DNA of 64,000 nucleotides from Octopus sinensis. Lineage: Eukaryota. The DNA lies in assembly GCF_006345805.1 (NCBI RefSeq), contig NC_043003.1:104222001-104286000 (forward strand). The letters are read 5' to 3'. The notes beneath the pieces were generated by a model. That model saw only the letters and a list, made by a program, of their open reading frames with translations, was not told where the DNA came from and did no database searches. Position numbers and translations under genes: made by a program. Shown piece by piece: positions 26,708 to 40,114 of this stretch (position 1 is its first letter; each line of letters begins with the position of its first letter).

Positions 26708-28382
26708 TCCATATTTATTATATCAAAGTCAATGTCTTTATGTGTGTTTGTGTGATACTTATACATTTGAAAACTGCTGAACTGATCATAATGAAATTTG
26801 GAACACAAAATCCAAGTTTAGGGAGAAGGGTAATGCTGTGTGTTTCATACAATTTCATGGACCTAAATTACTGAATGGAACCTTATGATATTTGAAACTT
26901 AGATTCAATGCATAAGGGCGGGTATAATGCAATATGTTTGGTTTGAATTTCAGATGGCTTAAAGGGGGCAAAACCCCCCATTAAAATTCATAAATTTTTG
27001 ATGTTGATGAAATTTCAACCATGGATAATCGACACACATCAAGAAGTATTCTCAAATTTCCACTTCACATGAGGATTCTAAGACACCCTAATTCTAAGAC
27101 TCCCAAATTTTAGTAATTTCTTTTATGATCCAAAACTAAATCAAAAGTACTGAATGGATCTTTATGAAATTTGGAAATTATATTCTATGCATAAGGGCCA
27201 CAACCCCCATGACAATTCATATATTTTTGATGTTGATGAAATTTTAACCATAGATATTAGATACAAATGAAGTAATATTTATAAAATTTCATCTTCTTAC
27301 AAGTTAGAAAGACCCCTCCATGGGGACTTAACACCCGCAATTTTGTCATTTTATCTAAACAAAGTCTAATAGTTGTACTCTTGGAAGCTGTGAGGTCATC
27401 CAAGCATAGAAGATGGGCATTATTTGTAATTCAATGGTACAACAGTGTAAGAGTTTGCTTTGATATACACTTACATTGTGATTTCTGCAATGTGGTGCAT
27501 AAATTGTCAAGTAAATGTGGGGCATCTTTGCCTCCACTGATTCAGTTGCAAAGTGTTGAGTAAAGTTATTTGATTGCAGACCTCCTTTCAGTCTTTTTAT
27601 TATCACTGGGTTACACATAGTCCCCAGATGGTAACATTAATTTCAAGGCCTTCCCAGATCAGTGACTGGTTATTCAAAGACATTTATAGATTGTATATTT
27701 ATTCTGTCCAGTTACGTATTAATATAGTGGTCATTTGCAAACTCCAGAGGTGTCACTTTAATTTCTCCTTAGCCCTCACGTCACACAGTTGTTAATGTTT
27801 ATTTCAGTTGGGTCATGCCCTTCCAATCGCTATAGATTTGTAATGCATCTTACGGCTGTGCCTGTCACCTGTATGATGAGGAATCCTACATTAGGAGTGG
27901 TAACGACTAGGGTACTGTAGCTGACTGCTTATTGTGATCATTCCTCTTTTGGTTTCCTGTAGCTTTGCTCTCTTTTACAAACCCAGTGAACATATATTTC
28001 CTATTTCAAAGAAATTCGAACAATAGATATAAGATCCAAGTTAAAAAGATTCTCAACAATTCAACTTCTCTGGTTGACATTAAGATGCCCACCCCCAACA
28101 GGGGCCTTAACTCTCACATTTTAGAGCTCCATGACCTCTATTTTCCGGAGCAAAATCCTATTAACAGGTTCTATAAAACTGGAATTTTGGAATATGCGCA
28201 TAAAAATCAGTAGTATGGGATACACGTGGCACGATTACAATTTTGTTTGGGTGTGTAAAGAGGGAAATAACCCTCATCTGCAATTTTGATGAAATTCGAA
28301 ACATAGGTATTCCAGTTCATTACAGAAAATATCACACAAAAGTCTAATTCTTTAATTGCATGTAACTTGGGCAACTCTGCTA

Positions 28383-28383
<1 letters not shown>
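26708..28383 (+). mobile_element. Helitron-like non-autonomous element (A|TC...CTAG|T) with internal ~300-bp duplicated units
   Basis: 5' ATCCATATTTATTATATCAAAG-GT-rich start and a DINE-1-like core AAAACTGCTGAACTGATCATAATGAAATTTGG. Units at ~26870-27090 and ~27148-27330 repeat. The 3' end is GGGCAACTCTGCTAG|T. Confidence 0.5.
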
Positions 28384-28421
<38 letters not shown>

Positions 28422-28860
28422 GACATATCTACTAAATATGTGGAAAATCGGTGTGTGTTTGTTTGTAGCGTTGTTAGCTAACTAATTTTTATATAACTAC
28501 CTCATATAGCAAATTTTTATTAAACACCCAAGGGAAACAACCCATAGCATCTGCACTTACAGCTGTTAGTTTTTAGCGAAGCAAAAAATAATTGATTCTC
28601 ACGATCAGTGACCTAATTCTGCATTTCAGTACTCACAGTTTTCAACTGCTAAACCTTATTATTACACTTTTTTGATGCATGTACACTTCCGATGTCCATA
28701 ATTCTGATAATTCTGTACTTTTCCAGTGAAAATTTTTCTATGATACTACATAAATTTTTGATTCTAGAATGTATTTAATAAGTATGTCCCAATATAATGA
28801 ATGTATATTTGGAATGCTTAAAATTTTTAAAAAACGAAACCAAACTTCCACACTAGACAT

Positions 28861-28897
<37 letters not shown>

Positions 28898-29050
28898 CAA
28901 ACATATATATATATATATAATTTAGAGAAGAACCTCTATTACACAATTCAATAAAGAAAGATGTTATTCACACCATATAGAAAACATATACTATAAAAAA
29001 CCTTATTTTAAAAATCAATAAAGTACAATATATAGTAAATAGTAGTGAAA

Positions 29051-29141
29051 AGACTACGCACGTTTCATGGCTATATTTTCAAATAGATAATAATAAGAAG
29101 AAGAATAAGAAGAAGAAGAACAACAACAACAACAATAATAC

Positions 29142-29185
<44 letters not shown>

Positions 29186-29254
29186 TTAATTTGATTTAAA
29201 ATTAAATTGAACTAAAATTATTTCAATTTAAAAATATAGTCACTCATCAGGTCT
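29051..29254 (-). ncRNA. hammerhead ribozyme with extended stem II and a microsatellite-filled loop II
   Basis: Minus strand reads AGAC-CUGAUGA-GUGACUAUAUUUUUAAAU...[~140 nt UUA/CUU repeats]...AUUUGAAAAUAUAGCCAU-GAAACGUGCGUA-GUCU. It lies next to a Penelope-like ORF fragment on the same strand. Confidence 0.55.
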
Positions 29255-29339
29255 AAGATAATAAATAATAAAAAATGATAATAGAATAAATGTACTTATC
29301 TTAACTTATACTAATTATCAAATAAATATATATATTTAT

Positions 29340-29585
29340 TGTGTTGGAAGGAAGAAGAGGACCTATGAATGATGCCCAGTAGGTCTGCCTCGAACAGTTT
29401 GGGGTTCTTGATTTTGGGTGTCTCGATCTGATTCCACAGTTGTTGCTCTCCAGGGATGGTGCAGTTAGGTCGTGGTAGAATGTTTTCCACCTCATACTCC
29501 TAATCAGGTCCATTATCTTTTCCAGCAACATACGAGTGTACAGCTTGTTTAGCGTGGGTATAGTTTTAGTGGAGTAGCCGACGTA
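29340..29585 (-). mobile_element. Penelope-like retroelement N-terminal ORF fragment
   Basis: GYSTKTIPTLNKLYTRMLLEKIMDLIRSMRWKTFY resembles the YS.KNIP....Y...LIEK....I.RMRWKAFF segment upstream of RT in Penelope/Poseidon-type elements. Confidence 0.65.
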
Positions 29586-30284
29586 TTTATATATATATGT
29601 ACACACGTATTTTATTGTAAGATTAAAATTGGCTACGCAATATTCAACCACCTTTAGCATAAGAGCTGGCCGTCAGCCTTGCTAACGGAGGATTTCCCGA
29701 TAGAAAAACACCCATTTTTCAATTTTAACCACTTTATTGGTGAGGGGAAGCAACTCTGCACAGCGACTGTCAATAATAATAATACAAGGGAAAGAACTCT
29801 TAAACAAGCATCTGGCGAAAATAATCGTTTTAAAAAGGTATTTTGTGGTCATTAATGATGTATCCACCCTGATCTTACAGTTTTGCAATAACATTACATC
29901 GGAATTTGATGGGAAAAGAAAAATTGTTTGGTATGCACAATATATACAATTTTTTTTTCATTTTCGAAATTTCAAGTTTCATTTTGTAGATATAAGTAAA
30001 TGTGTGTGAATATATATAGGTAGTCGTAATCTATACACTCTGAAAGGTATTTGTACGAATTTTATTTAAAAATAAACATTTTTAAAAAGGTATGAGGAAA
30101 CAAAGTTGACGTGGGTAAATTTTCCGAAAGGCCTTTCACTACACTCATTAAAAAATGTCACCCCACATTCCGATATAATCAGAATGTGCACTATCTCATA
30201 CACGTTTATAGAAAATTTCATTTAAAAATATCCATTTTTCCAGGAGTCAGAGAGACACAATTGTGTCGGTGAGCCAAGTCTTCT

Positions 30285-30435
30285 CCTTAACGTCACAAAT
30301 TGACCAATAACATTGGGAGGAGGCTTTGATTGACGGAGACTGTGTAGATGGCTATTAAACACAGTCCAGGACCAAGTATCCAACAAGCTTGAAACCGGAA
30401 GAGTCCCAGATTCCTGGAGATTGTCCTAGGTATGT
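30285..30435 (+). promoter_or_regulatory. possible promoter with short non-coding exon
   Basis: ACGTCA, CCAAT (30304-30308) and CCGGAAG (30395-30401) lie in a GC-elevated non-repeat island followed by the strong donor CTAG|GTATGT at 30429/30430. Confidence 0.3.
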
Positions 30436-30866
30436 TCTTAATTATGAAATAAACTTTGAATAGTAAAGAACTAAATTGTATTTAACAAATTCAGGTAAAT
30501 ACACTTCTAAAGCAGTGCCTGTTTGGCATTAATTCTATTTAATATATGCCATATTGTACTATGTATACGAAATAATGTTTATTGGATGAAAATTAAAGAA
30601 CATGATTTTATGTAACAGATACAAATTAATACTTTTCTGAAGCAGAATATGTTTAATCTGTATTAATTCAGTTGATATTCTTAAAATACGTGAATATCGT
30701 ACCTTATCGTTTATACAGTATAATGTTTATAGGATGAAAAATAAATGAAAAGTAAAGAAAAACAGATTGTGTTTATTTCAATATTTTGCTATAAAGAGAG
30801 GGACACTACAACACATGTGGGGACATATAACAATTAAAAATATAAAAATAAAATATGATATAATGA

Positions 30867-31280
30867 AAGGCGCAGGAGTGGCTGTGTGGTAAGTAGCTTG
30901 CTAACCAACCACATGGTTCCGGGTTCAGTCCCACTGCGTGGCATCTTGGGCAAATGTCTTCTGCTATAGCCCTGGGCCGACCAATGCCTTGTGAGTGGAT
31001 TTGGTAGACGGAAACTGAAAGAAGCCTGTCGTATGTATGTATATATATATAAGTGTGTGTGTATATGTTTGTGTGTCTGTGTTTGTCCGCCTAGCATTGC
31101 TTAACAACCGATGCTGGTGTGTTTACGTCCCCGTCACTTAGCGGTTCGGCAAAAGAGACCGATAGAATAAGTACTGGGCTTACAAAGAATAAGTCCTGGG
31201 GCCGATTTTCTTGACTAAAGGCAGTGCTCCAGCATGGCCACAGTCAAATGACTGAAACAAGTAAAAGAGTAAAAGAGAGT
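30867..31280 (+). mobile_element. tRNA-derived SINE, second family (OK-type), full length
   Basis: GGCGCAGGAGTGGCTGTGTGGTAAG...GGTTCAGTCCCACTGCG...GGAAACTGAAAGAAGCC, internal (TG)n and tail CAGCATGGCCACAGTCAAATGACTGAAAC. Other copies lie at ~20143-20310, 23570-23770, 23985-24140, 25925-26260 and 63025-63205. Confidence 0.85.
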
Positions 31281-31876
31281 AATGAACATGAAGAACAAAT
31301 TAAAATATGATAATATGAATGATATCTGAAAATGATATTATGAAGAGTGTGCTACTCACCCCACACTGAGTAACACCACTCGCTGCCTCTGGGTCCTAAG
31401 TCCTTTTCCCCCACTTCTCCATCACTTAGTGACATCATCCTCTCCGCCATGCATTTGTAACCTTTTTCACTGGGAGGGGTGGAGGGTCTTCTAAATTTTG
31501 TGGTGTCTATTCTTTCTTTTTCATTTTTTTTCTTGTGGGGAAATGGGGTGGGTGGGTTTAGTGTCTGTATGGGGAGGGTGGGTCTGAGTAGTCTTGAGTG
31601 GGATGGAGTACCACATCATACTCAGTGTCTTTTCTTTTTTTCCTCTTTCTCCTTCTGCTCTCTGTAACTTTCCATTCTTCCTCCTTTTTCTCATTTCAAG
31701 CAGAGTGTGTTTAATCTTTTTGTGTCCATTTAAGAAAGCCAAAAACAAAAACAATTTTTAACACACTATATGCAAATTCACCAACTTATATATGTATAGT
31801 GATCTTACACATATTTTACACACACACTTTATAAATGCAAAGACATTTTACACACACTTATACACAAACAATACAG

Positions 31877-32090
31877 CTCCCATGACTTTCGGAAACATTT
31901 TTTCACGCTCAGAGTTGCTGAAGCATGGAATAAACTGCCTGCGTCAGTTGTTGACTGCCATGACACTGCATCTTTTAAGGCCCTCATGCTTTCCGAAATC
32001 CGCCGAAACTACACCTGATTATATATACACTTTAGATGAGTTGTAGTGCACCTGAGCACTGTACACAATTATTATTATTATTATTATTAT
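31877..32090 (+). mobile_element. 3' end of a CR1-type LINE with (ATT)n tail (inverted copy at ~60545-60870)
   Basis: HDFRKHFFTLRVAEAWNKLPASVVDC is a typical CR1 ORF2 C-terminus. Confidence 0.75.
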
Positions 32091-32433
32091 TACATGTTAT
32101 ATTATAAACATTTTATACACACACATCTTTTACATACATATATACAGATATTTTACATTGATTATATACGTACACATATTATATACACATGGATATTTTA
32201 CATACACGCATACATTATATATACACAGATATTTCACACACACACTTCCTATACACATGCAGATATTATACACAGACAGAAAACATCTCCTGCAACACAG
32301 TAAGTATTGTTTGCATCATTCTATCACAGTCATAATCTCTCTTTTTTAAACAAACATCACAGTAGTCCAACAACAGAGGGAGAAGCGATTTGTCAAGTTT
32401 TACCTTCCCCTCAAAGCTTCTGTAAGCTTTGCA

Positions 32434-32484
<51 letters not shown>

Positions 32485-33059
32485 ACATTGCAAATAATGA
32501 ATGAAATAAACATGAAATGAAAACATCATATAAATATAAGGGCATTACTACAGCTGTATACACCCCTGACTTTGTTTCCTCATGACATCCAGAAAAATGG
32601 ATACTTCTTAACAAAATTTTCTACAAATGCTGCTTAAATGCTGTGGCTTCAGAGTATATGAGAATTTATGAGAAAGAATTTTTCCGAGGGGATGGCGAGA
32701 AGAGTTTTGGAAAATTCACATAATCTGACATTTTTTCCCTCATAACTTTCAGGAAGATGGGTATCATTTTATGAAAATTTATACAAATTCCTTTCAAACG
32801 GCATAGATTATGACTATAAAGAAATTTGTGGGGGGAAATTTTTTCAGGGATTTTCCTTGTTTTTTTTAAACTGCAGCCTTCAAAATGATGGGGGGGGGAT
32901 ATCTTGGTATGAAAGTGTTTTGTAAACTCTTTCTTTTTACAACCCCTCCCTCATCATCCCACTCCAGACCTATTTTGGCCAATTTTTTTTTTTTTGCCCC
33001 TCAAAACCATGGGAAGAGCATTTTCAGTAAAAAAATTTTCAAAACCTGTTAATATTTTC

Positions 33060-34528
33060 AGAGGGAAAAGTGAGCCTGGTTGCAGGTGCCAGAGGATGCG
33101 GAGCAGGCTGTGGCTGCAGTATGCCATCTGAGTGACTCAGAGTTGAGGAGATTGCATACCATGCATCACATGGGTGTGGACAGGACATTGTTCCTAGCCA
33201 GGAAAGTTGACTCCGATGTAACAAGACGGAGCATGTAGGGAGTGATTAGCAGCTGTGACAGGTGCCAGTCCATCGACCCTGCTCCAGGTGTACATGAGGC
33301 AGGAAATATTCCAGTGGACCATGACTGGAAATGACTGGCGGTGGACATAACACATTACCGGCAGGGGACATACCTCTCAATGGTTGACTGCAGACCGGGG
33401 CAGTGGGCCATATGGAGGGAGATGAAGATGGGGACCGCAGAGGAAACTGTGAAAGTATTGAATGAGATATTCCTGGAACGAGGCCCCGTGGATGAACTGC
33501 TTATGGATAATGGCACTGCATTTCACTTGGAGGTGCTGAAAGAAATACTTGATGGGTGGAAGGTCAACCGCTTCTTCAGGGTGGCATACTGGCCAAGTGA
33601 AAATGGGATGGTAGAAAAACATCATCATACCATCATGACCATAGCAGAGAGGGGCCGCATTTCACCAATCGAGGCTGTATTTTGGTACAATATGTCGCCC
33701 AGATCAGGACAGGCTGAGGAGTCGGTGCCACACAGGGCAATATTCAGTTATGAGTGGAGGCATCCGTGTACTGCATCAATGCGACCCAGGGCAGAGGAAG
33801 AACACGCCTTTATGCAGATCAGGGAAGAAATTTGGGTAAGACCCCCAAATGCACAGTGTACTTCGTGATGGGAAAAGGGAACAATAACCTCCATCAATTC
33901 GAAGAACAAGTCTCTGTCGATGGTATGCCACGCCACATTTTGGATATACGGAAGATTGTCCATGCCTCAGAGGATGGAACCAGCAGCAGTGAACAAGAAA
34001 ATAAAAACAACAACAGTAGGCAAGAAGATGAAGACATCAGTAGACAAGATGATGAAGCCAGCAGCAACATGCCAGGAACTCAGGCCAGTCCTAGGGTCGC
34101 ACTGCGACCACAGAGGGAACGGCACCCTTCTCCATGGTTGGCTGATTATGAAACCAGTTAAGGTGTGAGTTCAGGAGTGAGAAGTGAGTGGGAAAGCCGG
34201 TTCAGTGATCTGTAGATCAGGGGAGGGGACGTGTGGTGTTGGTGGTGTTATGGGCTGTGATGAGCTATGTGGTGTTGGTGGCGAGGATGACAGATGAGGT
34301 GGGCGGAAGTAAGGCTTGCAGGGGCCGGCGGAAGAGTGAAAGGCGCATGCGTGGGCAAAGCACGTGTGGTCAGTGAGGAAGTGTGGTCAGTTCCAGCACA
34401 GATGGCAGAGCGACAAGATGTGTTGAATTCATGACAGAGTGGCCGCTGATTTTGCCAAGGTAAGGCCTTTTGTATTTCTTTCTCCCGTTGCTTCTTTTTC
34501 TGTTGTCCTTTTCCTCCATCACACTACA
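33060..34528 (+). mobile_element. Gypsy-type LTR retrotransposon 3' remnant: integrase, PPT and 3' LTR (34232-34528)
   Basis: HHCC zinc finger (HHMGV...CDRCQ) and DDE core (VDITH, LMDNGTAF, ENGMVEKHH). Polypurine tract AGGGGAGGGGA precedes an LTR with TGTGGTG...CACTACA termini. Confidence 0.85.
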
Positions 34529-34835
34529 TATGATACATTAAAAATTTTTTTTTTAAGATTTCGACAAGCAGTGATGAAAACCACAATGATCCACGATACT
34601 TTCAAAGTTGGGGGCAGAGGTAAAATGCATAATTGTAGATGATCCTGCAAAAGAAACATTTATGAAAATGTTCACATAAATATTGTATTAAAATAAGTTC
34701 TCTTTACAGAACATATTTGCAATTAATTAAATCAAGGATCAAACAAGTTAGTAAAAGTTCTAATATTTTTGTAACAAGTGTCTCCATACATTCTAACGAA
34801 AAATTGAAAGAAAGAGATAATGTTAATTTCTCTTT

Positions 34836-35092
34836 GTGGTCCCATGCGCACACTCGCGTATCCGCGCTAGCTAGTCATGACTAGTCGATCCTTACTTTGT
34901 GTTTTTGTGTTATTAACTTTGTTTTAAAAATTATTTACTTTGTGTTTTTATTTACTTTATTTAACAAAAATGATTTACTTTGTGTAAAAAAATTATTTAT
35001 TTTGCTAGGTAGTCGTTTTAGGATCGACTACTCACGACTAGCTAGCGCGGATGCGCGTGTGCGCGCACCGGGACCACTGTTCGCTAGTAGTA
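34836..35092 (+). mobile_element. CpG-rich foldback MITE-like element, copy 1
   Basis: GTGGTCCC..GCGC.....GCGCTAGCTAGTC.TGACTAGTCGATCCT is inverted at the other end (AGGATCGA.TA.TCACGACTAGCTAGCGC...GCGCGCACCGGGACCAC), around an AT-rich centre. Confidence 0.7.
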
Positions 35093-35891
35093 CCGAACTT
35101 TTTTTAAAAGATTTTCCCCAACCTTCACCTCCGAATGTTTCACTTTAAGCTTTTTAGAAAGCCGGGAAGTTTTTTTCAGAAATGATGTCGTTTACCTCTA
35201 GTTTGTTGACAAAATACGGCAGATATTGAATTCACCTCAATAGACGTCACTGATTGGTTGAAATTGCCGAAATGCAAGAAATTAAAGAACAAATAGCTTA
35301 CAAACTACAGAATTTCCTCAAGAAAGCCAAGAGAAAAAGATGTTTTATAAGCACATTCTACCAGTATACGAAGTTTAAAAGTGTTTAGTTACAAAGAAAT
35401 TATTTTAAAAATCTGCCGGTCAAACCGAAAAGATCCGTTTCTAGTATGTTTTCTGGTTTTGCTCTGATATTTTTTACACCTGCTGTTTCAGTGGAACTCT
35501 ACGCATGCGTAAAACATCAGACCAAAGTGAATCATTTTGAGTTTTTCGTTTTCTGAAAGCGGGGGAGGTGATGGAGGGGGTGAGGTGGAGAAAGGGCCAT
35601 TGAGTGTTTCTTAAAGAAAAATTAAAATTGAAAAACAAAAAATTCCCAGATTCGTAATCTGTAATTTTTCAACGTGGTTTAAAAAGAAAAATTCGATAAA
35701 AAGTTTTAAAATTAATAAATTGAGGTGGGTTGGGGGTTTGGGGTTAAAATTTGAAAACGTGGTTTTGGGGCAAAATTGTATTCTCCTATATCGAAAACAG
35801 AAATCCGAAAAAAACTTTTGAAAAAAAGAAAAAGTCGAAACACTGGAAATGGGTGGTGTACACGCCCTTTATCTTCGCCTAACTTCATAAA

Positions 35892-35950
<59 letters not shown>

Positions 35951-36119
35951 TAGATAGATAGATAGTTCAATTTGAAAACTCCACTAGAATGGACGAAAGC
36001 GCTATTATATATGATATATGATGTATAAAAAATAAATATCTGTAAATATAAAACCATCCGAGTTTCTGAGTATCTCATTTCTTCTTATATAAAATACCTG
36101 TACATCTTCTAATACATAC

Positions 36120-36263
<144 letters not shown>

Positions 36264-36583
36264 ATGTGTAGTATATATATATATATATATATATATGTGA
36301 TGTGTATGTATATATATATATATGCATATATATATTAGAACGTATTTATAAATGTGTGTGTATATATATATATATACACACACACATTTATAAATACGTA
36401 CGGACCTACATATGTAGGTATGCGTGTATAATTATATATGTATAATCTACGTATGCTGCCCCGTCGTTCGTAGTTTTATTATTATACACCTCAGTGCTTC
36501 TCCCGTTTGTCTGTGTCTGTGTCTGTCTCCCTTTCTCCCTCCTCGTTTCTCATTTAATCTTCGCTGTTCTCGGTGCCACAAAA

Positions 36584-36798
36584 ATGGAGACAAACGGCTA
36601 CGAAGCAGAAGACGATCCGACCAGTGCAGCAGCAACGTCGTCGGTCAACACAACCACAACCACAACAACACTTAATAACCATAAGGCCGAGCAAGAAGCT
36701 CTGAGGGAAGCTGCGGCCATCGGTGACATTATTAAACTGCGTCAACTTGTGGAAAACTTTCATGTCGATATCAATTCGCAGAACAGTCTGAACGGATA
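36584..36798 (+). CDS. ANKRD40: ANKRD40-like gene, first coding exon 1A (METNGYEAEDD...EQEALREAAAIGDIIKLRQLVENFHVDINSQNSLNG, ends phase 2)
   Basis: ATG at 36584 in AAAATGG context. The translation resembles the ANKRD40 N-terminus (human ...LREAAALGDIREVQKLVESGVDVNSQNEVNGW, from memory). The exon ends GGA TA|GTAAGC, a strong donor; TA plus T from exon 2 gives Tyr in frame. The surroundings are CpG-rich relative to background. Confidence 0.8.
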
Positions 36799-37025
36799 GT
36801 AAGCAACAACTTACTTTTTAACCGGGTTTCGCTTTGTGAATACCTTTTTTCTTTTTAATCGGTCAATATAAGAAATATGCACGATTTATTATATGAGCTA
36901 CTCTTTGATCTTTCAGTATCTCTTATCAGATTATGTTCGATTACAAAAGTGGTTTCTATGGTCGTTTCAAAAACAAAAACTCCATTTAATCTCTCTCAAC
37001 GATTCCCTATATACATATACACAAC

Positions 37026-37058
<33 letters not shown>

Positions 37059-37232
37059 TATATATATATACACACATATATATATATACACAAATATATA
37101 TATACACATATATATACATATATATACACACACATATATATATACACACACACATACATATATACATATATATATAGGGTGTGTGTGTATAAACATTTTA
37201 TTGTGTGTATATAAAGATTTCAGTGTATGTCT

Positions 37233-37290
<58 letters not shown>

Positions 37291-37336
37291 GCATATATAT
37301 ATATATAGTGTATGCATATAATATATATTATATAGT

Positions 37337-37550
37337 GTGGTCCCGGTGCGCGCTAGCTAGTCGTGACTAGTCGATCCTTACTTTGTGTTTTTGTGTTTTA
37401 TTTACTTAGTTTAACAAAAATTATTTATTATGTGTTTTATTTACTCTGCTACGTAGTCAGTCGTTGTAGGATCGAGTAGTCACGACTAGCTAGCGCGGAT
37501 GCGCGACTACGCGAGTGCGCGCACCGGGACCACTGTTCTCAAGTAGTACC
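37337..37550 (+). mobile_element. CpG-rich foldback MITE-like element, copy 2 (same orientation)
   Basis: Same inverted arms and the same 3' extension (CTGTTC.C.AGTAGTACC) as 34836-35092. Confidence 0.7.
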
Positions 37551-37819
37551 ATATATATATATATATATATAGGGTGTGTGTGTGTATAAACATTTTATTA
37601 TGTCTGTATAAAAATTTTAGCGTATGTGTTTGTATATATATATATATATATAGTATATAGTGTATGCATATAATATATATTACATAGTGTCTATCTATCT
37701 ATCTATTCACTGTTGACTGTCGGGGAAAAAAAAAGAGTACTCACTACCATAGTAAAGATTAATAACATATTTTATTTTGCCGTGTCAGTCTCTTGCTAAT
37801 CTGATTTTCACCTGTGGGG

Positions 37820-37990
37820 CCTTAATTGGATCTGATGCAAGTCATAACTTGCCTGAAGAAGACACACACAGGTGAAATGAGAACGACTCGGACCAAATTA
37901 GACGGGCATTCTTCGAAAGAATGCTGTACGGATATATGTAGGGGCCGATTTTATTTTGAGATATGTGATGCTTATATCGAAAGATGTGAA
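37820..37990 (+). mobile_element. possible degraded GIY-YIG (Penelope-like endonuclease) fragment
   Basis: DLMQVITCLKKTHTGEMRTTRTKLDGH...DICRGRF loosely follows the LIYVITC...YIGET.T.LR.R..H pattern; weak. Confidence 0.3.
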
Positions 37991-38118
37991 ATATTACTGC
38001 CCCGAACAGTCAAGTGAGACATTCCCAACCTGTTCCTTACAATGGCCGCAGTCACATGACTGAATCGAGTAAAAAATGAAAGCTATGCTATAGTGCGCAT
38101 GTACGTATAATATATGTA

Positions 38119-38139
<21 letters not shown>

Positions 38140-38159
<20 letters not shown>

Positions 38160-38292
38160 TACATATATGTATTATATATATGTATACGTATTATATATAT
38201 ATGTATTTATATATATATATATAGATACATATGTATATTTACATGTTTATGTATATATATATTACATGTATATATATTTACATGTATATGTA

Positions 38293-38340
<48 letters not shown>

Positions 38341-38755
38341 ATATATATACATGTATATATATATATACATGTATATATAATATACATGTATATATATATA
38401 TACATGTATATATATATTACATGTATATGTATGTATATATATATATAATATATATACATGTATATATATTACATGTATATATATATTTACATGTATATAC
38501 ATGTATATATATATATTTACATGTATATATACATGTATATATATATTTACATGTATATATACATGTATATATATATTTACATGTATATATACATGTATAT
38601 ATATATTTACATGTATATATACATGTATATATATATTACATGTATATATACATGTATATATATATTTACATGTATATATACATGTATATATATATTTACA
38701 TGTATATATACATGTATATATATATTTACATGTATATATATATATATATATTTAC

Positions 38756-38786
<31 letters not shown>

Positions 38787-38811
38787 CATGTATATGTATA
38801 TATATATTTAC

Positions 38812-38842
<31 letters not shown>

Positions 38843-39332
38843 CATGTATATATATATATATATTTTACATGTATATGTATATATATATATATTTACATGT
38901 ATATGTATATATATATATTTACATGTATATGTATATATAATATATTACATGTATATGTATATATATATATATATTTACATGTATATATATATATATATTT
39001 ACATGTATATGTATATATATATATATATTACATGTATATATATATATATATTTACATGTAGTATATATATTATATATTTACATGTATATATATATATATA
39101 TTTACATGTAATATATATATATATATTTACATGTATATATATATATTTACATGTATATATATATATATTTACATGTATATATATATATATACATATATAT
39201 TATACATGTATATATATATATTATTACATGTATATATATATATATATTACATGTATATATATATATATATATACATGTATATATATATATATATTTACAT
39301 GTATATGTATATATATATATATATATATTTAC

Positions 39333-39363
<31 letters not shown>

Positions 39364-39408
39364 CATGTATTTATATAATATATTTTTATATTATATATAT
39401 ATATTTAC

Positions 39409-39439
<31 letters not shown>

Positions 39440-40083
39440 CATGTATATGTATATATATATATATATTTACATGTATATGTATATATATATATATATTTAC
39501 ATGTATATGTATATATATATATATATTTACATGTATATGTATATATATATATATTTACATGTATATGTATATATATATATATATTTACATGTATATGTAT
39601 ATATATATATATATTTACATGTGTATATATATATATATATTTACATGTATATGTATATATATTTACATGTATATATATATTTACATGTATATGTATATAT
39701 ATATTTACTTGTATATGTATATATATATACTTGTATATGTTATATATATTATTACTTGTATATGTATATATAATTTACATGTATATTTACATGTATATGT
39801 ATATAATGTACTTATATGTATATATATATTTTACTTGTATATGTATATATATATTTACATGTATATATATATATATTTACATGTATATGTATATATATAT
39901 TTACTTGTATATGTATATATATATTTACTTGTATATGTATATATTTATATGTATATATGTATATATTTACATGTATATATGTATATATTTATATGTATAT
40001 ATATATATATTTACTTGTATATGTATATATATATTTACATGTATATGTATATATAAATATATGTATACGGATATATTTATATA

Positions 40084-40090
<7 letters not shown>
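38140..40090. repeat. ~2-kb compound micro/minisatellite, unit ~(TA)nTTTACATG, drifting to TTTACTTG at the right end
   Basis: Direct reading; it is the source of the spurious 551-aa and 317-aa ORFs. Confidence 0.95.

Positions 40091-40097
<7 letters not shown>

Positions 40098-40114
<17 letters not shown>

Noticed and set aside
36494-36799. Reading exon 1A as a stand-alone ORF ending at TAG 36797-36799, or as a pseudogene where TGG mutated to TAG
   Set aside because: The TAG overlaps a strong GTAAGC donor; splicing after TA gives TAT with exon 2, so no stop exists in the spliced mRNA.
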